This document shows, piece after piece, positions 8,701-18,585 of a stretch of DNA of 64,000 bases (position 1 is the stretch's first letter; each line of letters starts with the position of its first letter). This DNA is from Candidatus Bathyarchaeota archaeon. Its GTDB lineage: Archaea > Thermoproteota > Bathyarchaeia > 40CM-2-53-6. The notes below the pieces were generated by a model that was not told where the DNA came from, did not search any database, and saw only the letters and a list, made by a program, of their open reading frames with translations. Where the stretch lies: the NCBI GenBank assembly GCA_005882895.1, contig VBBD01000068.1, forward strand, positions 4,626 to 68,625. Reading direction: 5' to 3'. The position numbers and the translations under genes are program-made.

Positions 8701-10248
8701 CTAGCCGTGATCTCTTTCTTTCTGCCGACCTACAATCAGGTGCTCAATCGCCCTCAACTGTGGATGAAGCCGGTGGGGCAATGCGTCCTTCAAGATTGCA
8801 AAGTCGGACGGTCTGAAGATCCTGAAGGCTCGGCTGATGGCGAGAAAGGCTAAGACAAACACGACGATCAGGATTGGTAACCTACGAAAAGGGCTAAGGT
8901 GTCCTATGAGAAGGTCATCGACGATGGCAAGGGGAACTCCTACTCCAACTGCAAGAAGAACTGCGATGGGTAGCGCATTCTCCGTGTGCGTTTTCACTGA
9001 GGACCCCAAGCTCCACCGAGCCAAGATGACGGTGCCTGCAGCGAGCACCATTCTCCCTATGGCACCGCCTAGAGTTCCCAAGACTGCGACAGTGGAGGCG
9101 ACTGTGAGCAAGCCGACGACAGTTGAGACTAGGGTAACGGTGAGAACTTGTCTTGTTCGGCCAATTGCCTGAAGGGATATTGTTAGAATGGCTCCTTGCG
9201 CTGTGAAAATTGTGGCGAGAGCTAGGATGGCGAATATTCCCGCCTGGCTAGTGTAAGTAGGTCCGTACACAAGCTCGATTGCGGTCGGCGCTATAGCGGC
9301 CAGGGCTGCTCCCAATGGTAGGACTGCGAGGTTGGTAAGTCTGAAGGCTACGGCCAGCCGTTCCGATACTGCCTCTGTTCCTCCGGTAGCGTGGCTTGCG
9401 GAGAGAGCAGGATAGAGTGCTTGGGTTACCGGGATCCAGAGGACGGAGAGGAAGCTTACGCTGGAGACTATGAGGTAGTAGGCGCCGGTGGTTGAGAGTT
9501 GGCCGATGATACCTTGCAGAATGGTAATATCACCGTATTGTTGGCCGAAGGCGATCAGGGCGGATCCGAATACTGGTAAGCTAAACGCTAAGAGTGGTTT
9601 TATGGGATGTGAGCTTCGCTCGGGTAGCTGGTCGTGCCAGAGATACGTGGAGAGGAGTACCGCTACGAGCCCGCCTATGACCCATCCGGAGACGATTCCT
9701 GTTACGCGATAGCCTATATAGGCCAGGATGAGTCCGAGACCGCGGCTGAAGGGAATGTATAACGCGTTCTGGTAGAGGTTTCGTGCATAAGCTCCAACGC
9801 CAATGAAGTAAGCGCCGTAGACGAGGATGAGGTCGAGCAGGAAGCCGGAGAAAAAGGTCAAGATCAGGAGAGTTCCAGCATCGGACCTACCGATTACCGA
9901 GGGCCCGATTAGTGGAGAGATTAGCGTGGCGACCGCGAAACCGGTGGCTCCGACCAAGATGGAAAGTCTCAGGACCGTTCTTGCTACGGCGCCTGCGGTC
10001 TGGCGGTCGCCCTTTCCAATGTTACCGGAAATGTAGCGGGTTGCTGCCGATGGTAGTCCTAGCTGTGTCAAGGCTGTAAATGCAGTTTGGGCGGCGAGGA
10101 GTAGGGAAATCTGACCGACCTCGTCTGGTCTCAGGATTCTCGCGAGAGCAACGTAGAAGACCAGATAGGTTGTGTATGTGATGATCTGCTGAGTTGTAAG
10201 GTAGGCTGTGCCTCTTGGAACATTGTAGACTTCGCCTGCCTTCGACAT
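8701..10248 (-). CDS. Oligosaccharide/polysaccharide flippase (MOP/Wzx family)
   Basis: 515 aa with many TM helices; ARILRPDEVG, LLAFSLP, ALYPALS patterns typical of Wzx-like exporters. Confidence 0.85.
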   Translation of the reverse strand: MSKAGEVYNVPRGTAYLTTQQIITYTTYLVFYVALARILRPDEVGQISLLLAAQTAFTALTQLGLPSAATRYISGNIGKGDRQTAGAVARTVLRLSILVGATGFAVATLISPLIGPSVIGRSDAGTLLILTFFSGFLLDLILVYGAYFIGVGAYARNLYQNALYIPFSRGLGLILAYIGYRVTGIVSGWVIGGLVAVLLSTYLWHDQLPERSSHPIKPLLAFSLPVFGSALIAFGQQYGDITILQGIIGQLSTTGAYYLIVSSVSFLSVLWIPVTQALYPALSASHATGGTEAVSERLAVAFRLTNLAVLPLGAALAAIAPTAIELVYGPTYTSQAGIFAILALATIFTAQGAILTISLQAIGRTRQVLTVTLVSTVVGLLTVASTVAVLGTLGGAIGRMVLAAGTVILARWSLGSSVKTHTENALPIAVLLAVGVGVPLAIVDDLLIGHLSPFRRLPILIVVFVLAFLAISRAFRIFRPSDFAILKDALPHRLHPQLRAIEHLIVGRQKERDHG

Positions 10249-10361
10249 GAACTTGTTATCCGTGCCGTCATTGGCGGAGTTCTTCTAGATTACGGTCGAA
10301 ACTGACTACATAGTTCAAGGAGCGCTTGACGATATCCGAGGATAAGTATCCTCAGAATGAG

Positions 10362-11330
10362 TCAGGTAAAGTGCTGCCAGCCTCGCGCTTCAACCGTAAC
10401 CTGTTTTCCTCTGATTTGAGCCGCGACTCCGAAACGTTTCTTCTCGACTGTCCCTATCTTCTTCAGCGATGGAACACGTCTTTTCAGCTTGTTGAAGCTC
10501 TGCGGTTTGATCGTCACTACAAGTTCGTATTCTTCTCCTCCGTAGAGCGCGAGTTCCAAGGCGGACAATCGATGTTCTTTCGCGAAGCTCTCTACTTCGG
10601 TAGCGACAGGAATAGTGTGGAGACTGATGCCGACCTTGCTCGACTGTGCAATCTGGTGGAGGCTCCAGGCTAGGCCATCGCTCGAGTCAATGGAGCTTGT
10701 AGTTGCATGGCTTTTGGCCAGAGCAATTCCTTCTGCCAGCCTGGCCGTTGGCCGGCGCACAGCTTTGACAAGGGACGGGTATTTCACGAAATCAATCTCC
10801 CTCTTTGAGATGAGAATCCTCAGGCCTGCGCTTGTTCTTCCGAAGGGTCCTGTCACGGCGACGATGTCCTCTGGTCTTGCTCCATCTCGTCGAACCAGGG
10901 TCTTCGGATCCGCGAACCCAACTCCCGCGATGTCTATTATGAGATCGTCTGCTTGATTGGTGTCTCCACCGATGATCTTGCAGTGGTATTCTCGTGCTGC
11001 TTGGCCGAGACCGCGGGCTATGTCTTGAACTGTCGTCTTTTTGGCGGGTGCTGGAAGTCCGAGTGAGACCATCAGGGCTTGTGGTTTGACGCCTTTTGCT
11101 GCGAAGTCGCTGATGGTGGCGAGGACGGCTTTTCTTGCCGCTTCCTGAACTGTCATTCCTGGTGGGACGTCGGTGCTGCCGACGAGCATGTCTGTCTTCA
11201 CGATGATCCATGTTTTCCTTGAGAACGGGATTGCGGAGACGTCATCGTCGAAGCCGAGGGGGACGCTTGGCTGGTCGATGTATTGGTTCGTTAGGATCTG
11301 GATGATTTCTCTCTCTGTGGGATCTTTCAT
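10362..11330 (-). CDS. thiL: Thiamine-monophosphate kinase
   Basis: GFDDDVSA, KTDMLV, ISDFAAKG, IGGDT, IDSSDGL, GGEEYEL. Confidence 0.93.
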   Translation of the reverse strand: MKDPTEREIIQILTNQYIDQPSVPLGFDDDVSAIPFSRKTWIIVKTDMLVGSTDVPPGMTVQEAARKAVLATISDFAAKGVKPQALMVSLGLPAPAKKTTVQDIARGLGQAAREYHCKIIGGDTNQADDLIIDIAGVGFADPKTLVRRDGARPEDIVAVTGPFGRTSAGLRILISKREIDFVKYPSLVKAVRRPTARLAEGIALAKSHATTSSIDSSDGLAWSLHQIAQSSKVGISLHTIPVATEVESFAKEHRLSALELALYGGEEYELVVTIKPQSFNKLKRRVPSLKKIGTVEKKRFGVAAQIRGKQVTVEARGWQHFT

Positions 11331-11396
11331 CGACTGGCGAGCTGGTTGAATGTGGTAGGAGCTTTAAGTCAAAGCGTTGTCGAGCGTTGGCTTGGT

Positions 11397-11518
11397 GCCT
11401 CGGTGGCTCAGCCTGGTAGATGTTTCTCGACACCGGAGAGCATCCGCCTCGTAAGCGGAAAGGCAAGTCGATCGCTTGCCCCGCAGGGTCGCGGGTTCAA
11501 ACCCCGCCCGAGGCTCCA
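11397..11518 (+). tRNA. tRNA-Thr(CGT) with two introns (~21/22-22/23 and 44/45), CCA encoded
   Basis: GCCTCGG/CCGAGGC-T-CCA; anticodon arm TCCGC-CTCGTAA-GCGGA. Introns ~11419-11438 and 11461-11486 (BHB helix GCGG/CCGC). Confidence 0.9.
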
Positions 11519-11820
11519 GATTTAGGTCAAGGTTCTTGTCTTTTCGTAGAGACTTTAACGACATCAACCCCGTCATTTTCCCCTGATGGCTCCCCCTTAG
11601 AGGCTACCTGAGGAGCTCGAGAGATGGAGGTCTGGTTATTCCAGAGGTTTCCCGATACACTGGTGGAAGACGATCGACCGATTTGAGCACATCGCTCGTT
11701 TCATAGCTGGCTTTAGCGAGGCCAATCTAGAATCGTCGACTCGCTCTTTTTATGGTTAGACTGATTGATCGAAGAGAGAGCGATACTGTTATTATGATCC
11801 TATGTTCGTAGTAGGATGAT

Positions 11821-12420
11821 ATGTTACGACTGAGAACGCTGCTGGTTGCTCTAGGAATAGTCCTATTGTTGGGCATCGGGACCCATGCAACTTCACTAAA
11901 CTTGCTCCCCTCGATTCCACGGGCTCACGCTGCGAGTGTCTCTATGGTCTTAACAGGTTGCGCTTTCGTTACGGGCAGCTGCCGGGCCGCGGGCTGGAAC
12001 GGCACGACGACACGCCCTAATCCTACGATAACAGTTCAGCAGGGGGACGTTGTCTCGGTGACGTTGAGCAGCGCTGATACTCTATCGCATCAATTCCTCG
12101 TTGATGCAGACGTGGATGGTGCGGCTGACGTTGCCGACTGTCCAACCACGGATCCTTGTTCAAAAATGTTTTTCTCCGCTACACCGTTTACCTACACCTT
12201 TACTGTTAGTTTCCCACCCGGCACATATTCGTATTTCTGCGTAGTTCATCCGGCGAGTATGCTTGGAAGCTTCGTGGTGGTTTCTACTCCAGTGGGCAGC
12301 ACACCTCTCGTTGTGAACAAACTGGGCTTACTGGCTCCTTACATCGGATTTGCCACCGTGCTGATGGGACTGATTGGCGTAACGCTCTTCCACGTCAGGA
12401 GGGAGGCTCGCAAAACCTAG
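11821..12420 (+). CDS. Membrane-anchored cupredoxin (type-1 blue copper) protein
   Basis: Signal peptide (RAHA), PTITVQQGDVV, upstream His (SHQF), GTYSYFCVVHPASMLG (C-x2-H-x3-M ligand loop), C-terminal TM helix. Confidence 0.85.
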   Translation: MLRLRTLLVALGIVLLLGIGTHATSLNLLPSIPRAHAASVSMVLTGCAFVTGSCRAAGWNGTTTRPNPTITVQQGDVVSVTLSSADTLSHQFLVDADVDGAADVADCPTTDPCSKMFFSATPFTYTFTVSFPPGTYSYFCVVHPASMLGSFVVVSTPVGSTPLVVNKLGLLAPYIGFATVLMGLIGVTLFHVRREARKT

Positions 12421-12724
12421 CCATAGTCTGCCGGCGTCCAGCTCTATCCGTCGAGGAAAACGAAGACGTCCTTACGGCCCACTCCGAACTTGAACATAAC
12501 TCAGCCTTGCTGGAAGGAGCGAGGGTAGAGCTTGTCCCACTGTGCGAGTTGATGATCCCAAATTGAATCTGGAAATGGGGTGTGGTTGTTGAATCTTCGC
12601 CTAAGTATCCGATACCAACGCGCTAGGAAGTAGTCCTGATTGCGCGAGAATGACAGGTTTCAGGCTTATACGTATGGAAGGACACGTGATTCCCTTGTCT
12701 TCGGTTCGAATAGGCGGTGACTAG

Positions 12725-13582
12725 GTGGCGAGAGATTCGGATAGAGCGGAGTCTAGCCATAGAGGAAGACAGTTAGACCAGCTCATAGATTCACTGATAT
12801 CAGAACTGCCTACAACGCCGTCTATCCTGTGTCGACACTCCAGCCGTTCGAGGAACGGTAGGCTAAAGGCCGCCCTGCTCTTGTCTCTAGCAATAACCTT
12901 GTCGCTAGTCACGTTATTGGGAGTTATTCCACTGTGGGGTTCTGGTTGCAGTCCAAATCCAACCAGGTCTGCGGGTTCTAAGAGTATAGCACTGATAGAC
13001 TCCCTTGCCGTAGACTCTCCAAACCCGGGTCTTGTAGAGAACATCTCATCACTGACAAACGTGGCGGGTTACTCTCTTGACTATTATCCGGCCGTTGCAG
13101 TAACGGTTGATTTGTTTCAGCATCTTCCGGAGAAGGGATATTCTATGATCATTCTGAGGACTCATAGTACGTGGGATGGGAACGTGGTCGTCACCTCTGA
13201 GCCTTACGACCCTCATCAAAGGGTCATCGGTCAAGTTCTGGACAGGGTGGGGGACGCCAATGTTGGAGGCCGTCAGTACTTCAGCGTGACACCTGGCTAC
13301 ATTGGAAGCACGATGTGTGGACGACTTCAAGGGGCGATGGTTCTGTCAATGGGGTGTACCACTGGCAGCGGGCAGCTTGCGAAAGCCTTCATGGAGAAGG
13401 GAGCACGTATGTTCGTAGGCTGGGATGGCGTGGTCACTGTTGCCCAGACGGACTCTACTTTTCAGGCGTTGGTGGGGCTCTTGCTGAAAGGTGAATCCGC
13501 GCACGAGGCGATTCAAACTGTAACGCCTGGTCGCGGTGTGGACCCAACAACTGGTCCGAACCTTGTACTCTACGGACAATAG
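12725..13582 (+). CDS. Membrane-anchored protein, possible caspase-fold (CHAT/C25-like) peptidase
   Basis: One TM helix, then IILRTHS...VLSMGCTT...LAKAFMEKGARMFVGW, resembling a His-Cys dyad of the caspase-hemoglobinase fold. Confidence 0.55.
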   Translation: MARDSDRAESSHRGRQLDQLIDSLISELPTTPSILCRHSSRSRNGRLKAALLLSLAITLSLVTLLGVIPLWGSGCSPNPTRSAGSKSIALIDSLAVDSPNPGLVENISSLTNVAGYSLDYYPAVAVTVDLFQHLPEKGYSMIILRTHSTWDGNVVVTSEPYDPHQRVIGQVLDRVGDANVGGRQYFSVTPGYIGSTMCGRLQGAMVLSMGCTTGSGQLAKAFMEKGARMFVGWDGVVTVAQTDSTFQALVGLLLKGESAHEAIQTVTPGRGVDPTTGPNLVLYGQ

Positions 13583-13656
13583 GTCGATGTTGGTTGGTTG
13601 GATTCTTTCGCTTCACGTCTTGGCACAAACTTAAGCCGGCGAATGCGAGCGACTCT

Positions 13657-14190
13657 CTAAGTCAGTGTGATGCTCTGGTTCTCCTCGTAGAACGATGGGG
13701 TTCCGGTCACCATATCGAGAAGCGAGGAGACGGTGACCACAAAGAAGGTTTTGGCCGTGACGAATCCGTTGTGGGTGTTGGAGAAGACTGAAAGAGACGT
13801 GGCGTCTTGAGAGTTCAGCGTGACAGCGAAGGTCCACACTGTCATCATGTGCGGCGCTAGGGTCTGATTGATCATCCAACTGCGCGTCACGGGGATGCGG
13901 TCGAACAGGGAAGAGTTGCCGGATACAAAATGGGTGGAGATGTTGACCAGCATCGGCCTTAAACCACCATAATCCACAGGGTTATCAGCTCCTACTTCCA
14001 CCAGAATGCTCGTCTGGTTTGCGATAGCGCCTTGCAAGGTCATTCTGGAAATTGTGAATTGTAGTTGGCCGAGGGAGGCGTACAAGAGGAGATAATCTCT
14101 GCCACCCAGTACGAGGTTGACGGCTGAAGTTGCCGACAACAGGACAAAGACCCAGGGAATAAGTCGTCTGGCGTTGAGCTGAAGCTTCAT
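13657..14190 (-). CDS. Hypothetical membrane-anchored protein (LEA_2/Ig-like)
   Basis: N-terminal TM helix, beta-rich domain with xNP motif. Confidence 0.6.
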   Translation of the reverse strand: MKLQLNARRLIPWVFVLLSATSAVNLVLGGRDYLLLYASLGQLQFTISRMTLQGAIANQTSILVEVGADNPVDYGGLRPMLVNISTHFVSGNSSLFDRIPVTRSWMINQTLAPHMMTVWTFAVTLNSQDATSLSVFSNTHNGFVTAKTFFVVTVSSLLDMVTGTPSFYEENQSITLT

Positions 14191-14208
14191 CTGGGTCCGT
14201 ACTCGGAT

Positions 14209-14670
14209 ATGTCCGCGTTGGGTTTGTTTGACGTTAAGGGTATCGGTCCGAAGCTGGTCCGGGCGAAGTCAGGTTTGGTCGTCTTGGGCTGGGGGGTTTC
14301 CATCGCTAGCTTGGCTTTGACAGGTATTCTCCAAGGCATTATCATTCCCCACTCTGCTCAATATGTTCCCCAAGCGGGTGTCGGAATCTTGAGAGTTGCT
14401 CTCTATTACGGGGGGATATTTGGCTTGTCGATCTTGGCAGGGTGGGTGCTGGCAGATATCTCGAAAGCGGTGCTTGGGTTCTTCGTCTCCTACGGTGTTG
14501 GAGTGTTCTTGACGTTTCTGGCTCTCGCTGGGCCTGGTTTTGCGGGGGTAATTCCTGAGTCGGTCGCAGAGCTATCGGCTATTGTGTTCGCTTTTACCGC
14601 GCTCTTTCCCCTTGCATTTCTCGCGGGGTTGGTTGGCGGGCTTCTGGGTGCCGCTTCCTCAGAGACTTAG
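14209..14670 (+). CDS. Hypothetical 4-TM membrane protein
   Basis: Highly hydrophobic 153-aa ORF. Confidence 0.65.
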   Translation: MSALGLFDVKGIGPKLVRAKSGLVVLGWGVSIASLALTGILQGIIIPHSAQYVPQAGVGILRVALYYGGIFGLSILAGWVLADISKAVLGFFVSYGVGVFLTFLALAGPGFAGVIPESVAELSAIVFAFTALFPLAFLAGLVGGLLGAASSET

Positions 14671-15175
14671 CGCTCGGCTCGGGCCGGGTTGACGGGCGGT
14701 TTCCCCCAAATCAATGGCTCGCGCTAGAGTGGAAGACCTGCTGGGAATCGTTGCTTTCCATCTCGGTGCGTATGGCTTTCATCGTTGAAGCCTGTCTGAG
14801 GCTTGATGAAGCTGAGGAAGTTGGGTTCGCATCCGGATCGGGTCGGGATTAGGGGAGGCTTATGGTACTCGTATCTGAGCGACCAGTGCTAGAACATAGA
14901 GTATCATCAGGGTAATGATGAGAGCGCTGAGCCAGTACTTGCTATTCATTTCTTGTATGTCTCTGGGCAGTACTTCCGTTGTATCATTGACCTCTCTCCT
15001 GATCCGCTTATTTCAGTGTGACTGCCCAGGGATTGAAGGTTCCCGAGACGCATCCTCATCTCTATGGATTGCGAGTAATCGAAATAGTCCCACAACGTAT
15101 CTGTCGCTGAGCGTTCTTGTCGACCTTTCCGCGCAAGTGTTGCGTCTATGGAACAACAAGTCGTCCTAGGGGTTA

Positions 15176-15207
15176 GGTCGGGGGTTCAAATCCCGGCCGA
15201 GGCTCCA
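15176..15207 (+). repeat. att-like copy of tRNA-Thr 3' end
   Basis: ggtcgggggttcaaatcccggccgaggctcca vs tRNA ggtcgcgggttcaaaccccgcccgaggctcca (29/32). Confidence 0.8.
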
Positions 15208-15255
15208 AAAACCCAAAAGCCATAGATCTTTCGCGTCCGTTCTCTTCCGGATGGG

Positions 15256-15462
15256 CACTCATGCGACGCGAGACAGAGTCGCTAAGACCCCTATTTTTCT
15301 GGAATCATTTGCTGTCTGGCGGTGATAATGGGCGAGTCGGGCCGTTCAAACCACAATCTGGGCTTTGGTCGGTAAGGAATTACCCGCGTTTTCAGCGTGG
15401 ATTGTCCCTTGTTCTAGAAGTGCCTGTTCACATGTTGAATCGGGGCTGACAATAGGCGATTT
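15256..15462 (+). repeat. Dispersed ~207-bp non-coding element, copy A
   Basis: Aligns end to end with the reverse complement of 49351-49557 (~75% by manual count). Confidence 0.85.
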
Positions 15463-15492
15463 CGTGAATCAGAATGTTCCCTCAACCTCTCT

Positions 15493-15708
15493 TGTGTCGC
15501 GAGACGCGTTCGCTAAGACTCCCCCTCCTTTTAGCGAGGGAATTTGCTGTCTGGCAGGGTTTCCGGGCGAGACAGGTTGATCAAGGTACAATCCATGTTT
15601 TGATGGCAGGACGAAACTTGTGGTTTTATCGCCGTGTCACGAACGGTTTCCAGGGCAGTCTAGGGAAGGGGTCCCAGATTCGTGATCAGGGCTTATTCTG
15701 GGCGAGTC
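15493..15708 (+). repeat. Dispersed element, diverged tandem copy C
   Basis: Shares cgcgagac..tcgctaagac, atttgctgtctggc, gggcgag and the terminal gggct..ggcga blocks with copy A, in the same order. Confidence 0.6.
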
Positions 15709-15887
15709 TTGGACCCTTTTTCTCAGGAAACACCTCTCTGGTCTTTTTGAACAATCACCCTTGGAGCAACCCTGGGCAGAGACAGTGGCGTCGAGTTTCC
15801 GCGACAATCCAACACTAGGGGCTCGAGAACTGGCTCCAAACCGGTTTTCTGGAAGATGCTATTAGTACGTTATCCAAGCATAGTTTT

Positions 15888-17264
15888 GTGAAAGAGCAGA
15901 GCCTGAGACAGGCCTTCGATTACATCCAGAAAAACAAGGAGCCATTCCTCAGAGATTTCCGCACCCTTCTCCGACAACCCAGCGTATCTGCCCAGGGAAA
16001 GGGCATTCAGGACTGTGCCCGGATCGTCAAGAAGAATATGGATGCTGCCGGAATAAAGACCCAGATTCTTCCAGAGAAAAATGGCAACCCAATCGTCTAC
16101 GGTGAAGTAAGATCGAAGTCTTCTAGCAAAACCCTGCTAATCTACGGGCACTACGACGTTCAACCTGTAGAGCCATTGGAAGAATGGGATTCTGGACCCT
16201 TCGATGCAAAATTGCAGGGCAAGAAGATAGTCTCGAGAGGCGCCGCTGACAGCAAGAACAATGTTACCAGTTGTATCAAAGCGACTGAGAGCTTTCTGAA
16301 AGCGACCGGTGATGTGCCGCTCAACCTGAAATTTCTTTTCGAAGGAGAAGAAGAGATCGGCAGCCCGCACCTTCCAGGATTTATCGACGAGAACAAGGAA
16401 CGGTTGAAGGCCGACAGTGTAGTCTGCTACGATGGAGATTTCGACGAGACAGGCCGACCAAAGATCAGTCTAGGTGTCAAGGGACTACTCTACGTCGAAC
16501 TAAGATGCAAGAAGGCTAGAGAGGATCTTCACTCATCCTACGCGCCACTAGTCGACAACCCTGCTTGGCGGCTGGTCTGGGCGTTGAACACGATGAAAGG
16601 CCCAGACGGAAAAATCCTGATCAAAGGATGGTACGATGACGTAGAACCATTCACTCCCGCCCAGTCAAAGCTCGTAGGCAAGATTCCATTCCGAGGAGAA
16701 AACTATCTCAAAGAATGGGGCCTGAAAAAATTCCTCAACGCAAAAACCAACAGAGAAGCGTTGAAGAAATACCTGATGGAGCCTACGTGCACAATCTGCG
16801 GCTTCAAAACAGGTTACATTGGACAAGGATCCAAAACCGTTTTGCCCGGAAGCGCGATGTTGAAGATCGACTTTCGCCTCGTATACAACCAGAACCCGAA
16901 AAAACTACTCTCCTCCTTGAAAGATCACCTGCACCAACATGGTTTCGATGACATCCAGGTCAAAGCTCTAGGATTCTTGGAACCCTCCCGGACGAAACCT
17001 TCTGCACCAATCGCCCGGGCGGCCGCCAAAGCCGCAAAGATAGCCTACGGGCGCGGCCCGGTGGTTCTACCGAGAAACCCGGCATCAGGCCCGGATTACC
17101 TGTTCACCAAACGACTAGGCTTAGACAGTATCTGGACGGGAAGCGGGCCGCCCTCGGCTTACAGCCACGCCCACGCGCCAAACGAGTATACAACGACAGA
17201 CGACTTCATAGCAGGAATACGATACATTAGCGCGATCATGCAAGAATACGCCGGGACAAGCTAG
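15888..17264 (+). CDS. M20/ArgE-DapE family metallopeptidase
   Basis: YGHYDVQP, RGAADSK, EGEEEIGSP, HAPNE. Confidence 0.92.
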   Translation: MKEQSLRQAFDYIQKNKEPFLRDFRTLLRQPSVSAQGKGIQDCARIVKKNMDAAGIKTQILPEKNGNPIVYGEVRSKSSSKTLLIYGHYDVQPVEPLEEWDSGPFDAKLQGKKIVSRGAADSKNNVTSCIKATESFLKATGDVPLNLKFLFEGEEEIGSPHLPGFIDENKERLKADSVVCYDGDFDETGRPKISLGVKGLLYVELRCKKAREDLHSSYAPLVDNPAWRLVWALNTMKGPDGKILIKGWYDDVEPFTPAQSKLVGKIPFRGENYLKEWGLKKFLNAKTNREALKKYLMEPTCTICGFKTGYIGQGSKTVLPGSAMLKIDFRLVYNQNPKKLLSSLKDHLHQHGFDDIQVKALGFLEPSRTKPSAPIARAAAKAAKIAYGRGPVVLPRNPASGPDYLFTKRLGLDSIWTGSGPPSAYSHAHAPNEYTTTDDFIAGIRYISAIMQEYAGTS

Positions 17265-17294
17265 CACTGGAGTAGTCTACGGCCCATTCTTTCT

Positions 17295-17846
17295 CTAAAG
17301 AATCTCTGTCGTGACAAGACCCATCTCCTGATGCCTGCTCATTACAAGCTTCCCGTGGGACCTTCTAAGAACAAGAATCACGAATAGATAGCATATCGTT
17401 GTTCCCAGCCCGAACCAGAATAGATCTCCATAAACACCGGAAACATTTACACCGCCTGTTTCGAGGACCCCTATCCAGCCGAGAGCATTCAGAAACTTGC
17501 CACCGAGATGGTATGCAAGATAGGTGGAAATGAACACGCCGGTCAGAACATACTGCCACCCCCAGCCCCTTCGAGATGAAGCAGACCACGGTAGGCCTAT
17601 CACTAGAACTGCCATGACTCCCTGAAAGACGAGACCCGATCGGAGAAAGTCGAGAAAGAGGCCCGTGCTGGAGCCATACTGAGTGATCAAACTGGCCGTC
17701 GTTCCATTTGGATTGATGCCCAGCTCAAGGGCACTATTGACTGCGAGATATTGCGGGATGGACAAGAGAAAATTCGCCAGGGTCGCGAGAGCGTAAATTG
17801 CGAGATGTTCGCGGGCATTGACTCTCAACACCTCACGCCATGACAA
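17295..17846 (-). CDS. Hypothetical membrane protein
   Basis: About four hydrophobic segments. Confidence 0.6.
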   Translation of the reverse strand: MSWREVLRVNAREHLAIYALATLANFLLSIPQYLAVNSALELGINPNGTTASLITQYGSSTGLFLDFLRSGLVFQGVMAVLVIGLPWSASSRRGWGWQYVLTGVFISTYLAYHLGGKFLNALGWIGVLETGGVNVSGVYGDLFWFGLGTTICYLFVILVLRRSHGKLVMSRHQEMGLVTTEIL

Positions 17847-17953
17847 GGTATTCTAGATACTACGTTTCTTGCCGACTTCTAAAAGCTGGCGCTGAAGAAT
17901 CTGCCAATGGATCGAGTAATGTAATAAGCAACCCGAACCGGTTTGATTATCTC

Positions 17954-18541
17954 TTGCCCTCCCGTCTCATCACGCTAGAAGGTATTGACCAAGCAGGGAA
18001 GAAGACTCAGACCAGACTCTTGTCGGCCAGCTTGCGCCGTGAAGGATTCAAGGTCGGCACTCTAAGCTTTCCAATCTACTCTACCAGTTCAGGACGACTT
18101 ATCCGATCCTTCCTAGCTGGGAGAGCAAACACCTCACCACACGCATTGCATATGCTCTATTCCCTTAACCGTTGGGAGAATATGGAAACGATCAATGGCG
18201 CTCTGAAAAAGAACGATTTTGTCATATGTAACCGGTACACACCCTCCAACCTGGCTTACGGGGAAGCTAGGGGCTTGAGCGTACAGTGGCTCGCAGACCT
18301 TGACGCTGGTCTCCCGGAGGCTCGCGCAGTTTTCGTGCTGGATGTTCCTATTCCCAGGTCGTTCTCGAGAAAGACAAGGCGTCGGGACGTCAACGAGAAA
18401 GACCGTGCTTTCCTAGAAAAAGTGCGGAGAAACTATCGTTCGCTGGCTCACAAATTTGGATGGCATCTCGTGGATGGCACAAGGCCTCCTGTCGAGGTTC
18501 ACCATCGAATACTTCTTGGTCTGCGAAGCGCTTTCCTCTAG
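17954..18541 (+). CDS. tmk: Thymidylate kinase (dTMP kinase)
   Basis: LITLEGIDQAGKKTQ P-loop, FPIY, NRWE, NRYTPSNLAYG. Likely TTG start 17954 (ORF track begins 17840). Confidence 0.9.
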   Translation: MPSRLITLEGIDQAGKKTQTRLLSASLRREGFKVGTLSFPIYSTSSGRLIRSFLAGRANTSPHALHMLYSLNRWENMETINGALKKNDFVICNRYTPSNLAYGEARGLSVQWLADLDAGLPEARAVFVLDVPIPRSFSRKTRRRDVNEKDRAFLEKVRRNYRSLAHKFGWHLVDGTRPPVEVHHRILLGLRSAFL

Positions 18542-18585
18542 GGACCCACTTTCTTCCGATAGTATGGACCTGAACTCTAGGCGGG

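Larger units (their letters stand above)
11487..15207. mobile_element. Decayed integrative island at tRNA-Thr 3' end (no integrase seen)
   Basis: tRNA 3' 32 nt (11487-11518) repeated at 15176-15207 with 3 mismatches; encloses four membrane/secreted genes. Confidence 0.6.

Noticed and set aside
15176..15207. 3' half of a trans-spliced split tRNA
   Set aside because: The T stem has two G-G mismatches, and no GC-rich complementary leader or promoter is evident; a decayed att copy fits better.
14915..15818. Short ORFs around the att-like site as integrase fragments or genes
   Set aside because: No tyrosine-recombinase R-H-x-x-R-Y motifs were seen, and ORFs over the repeat are not conserved between copies.
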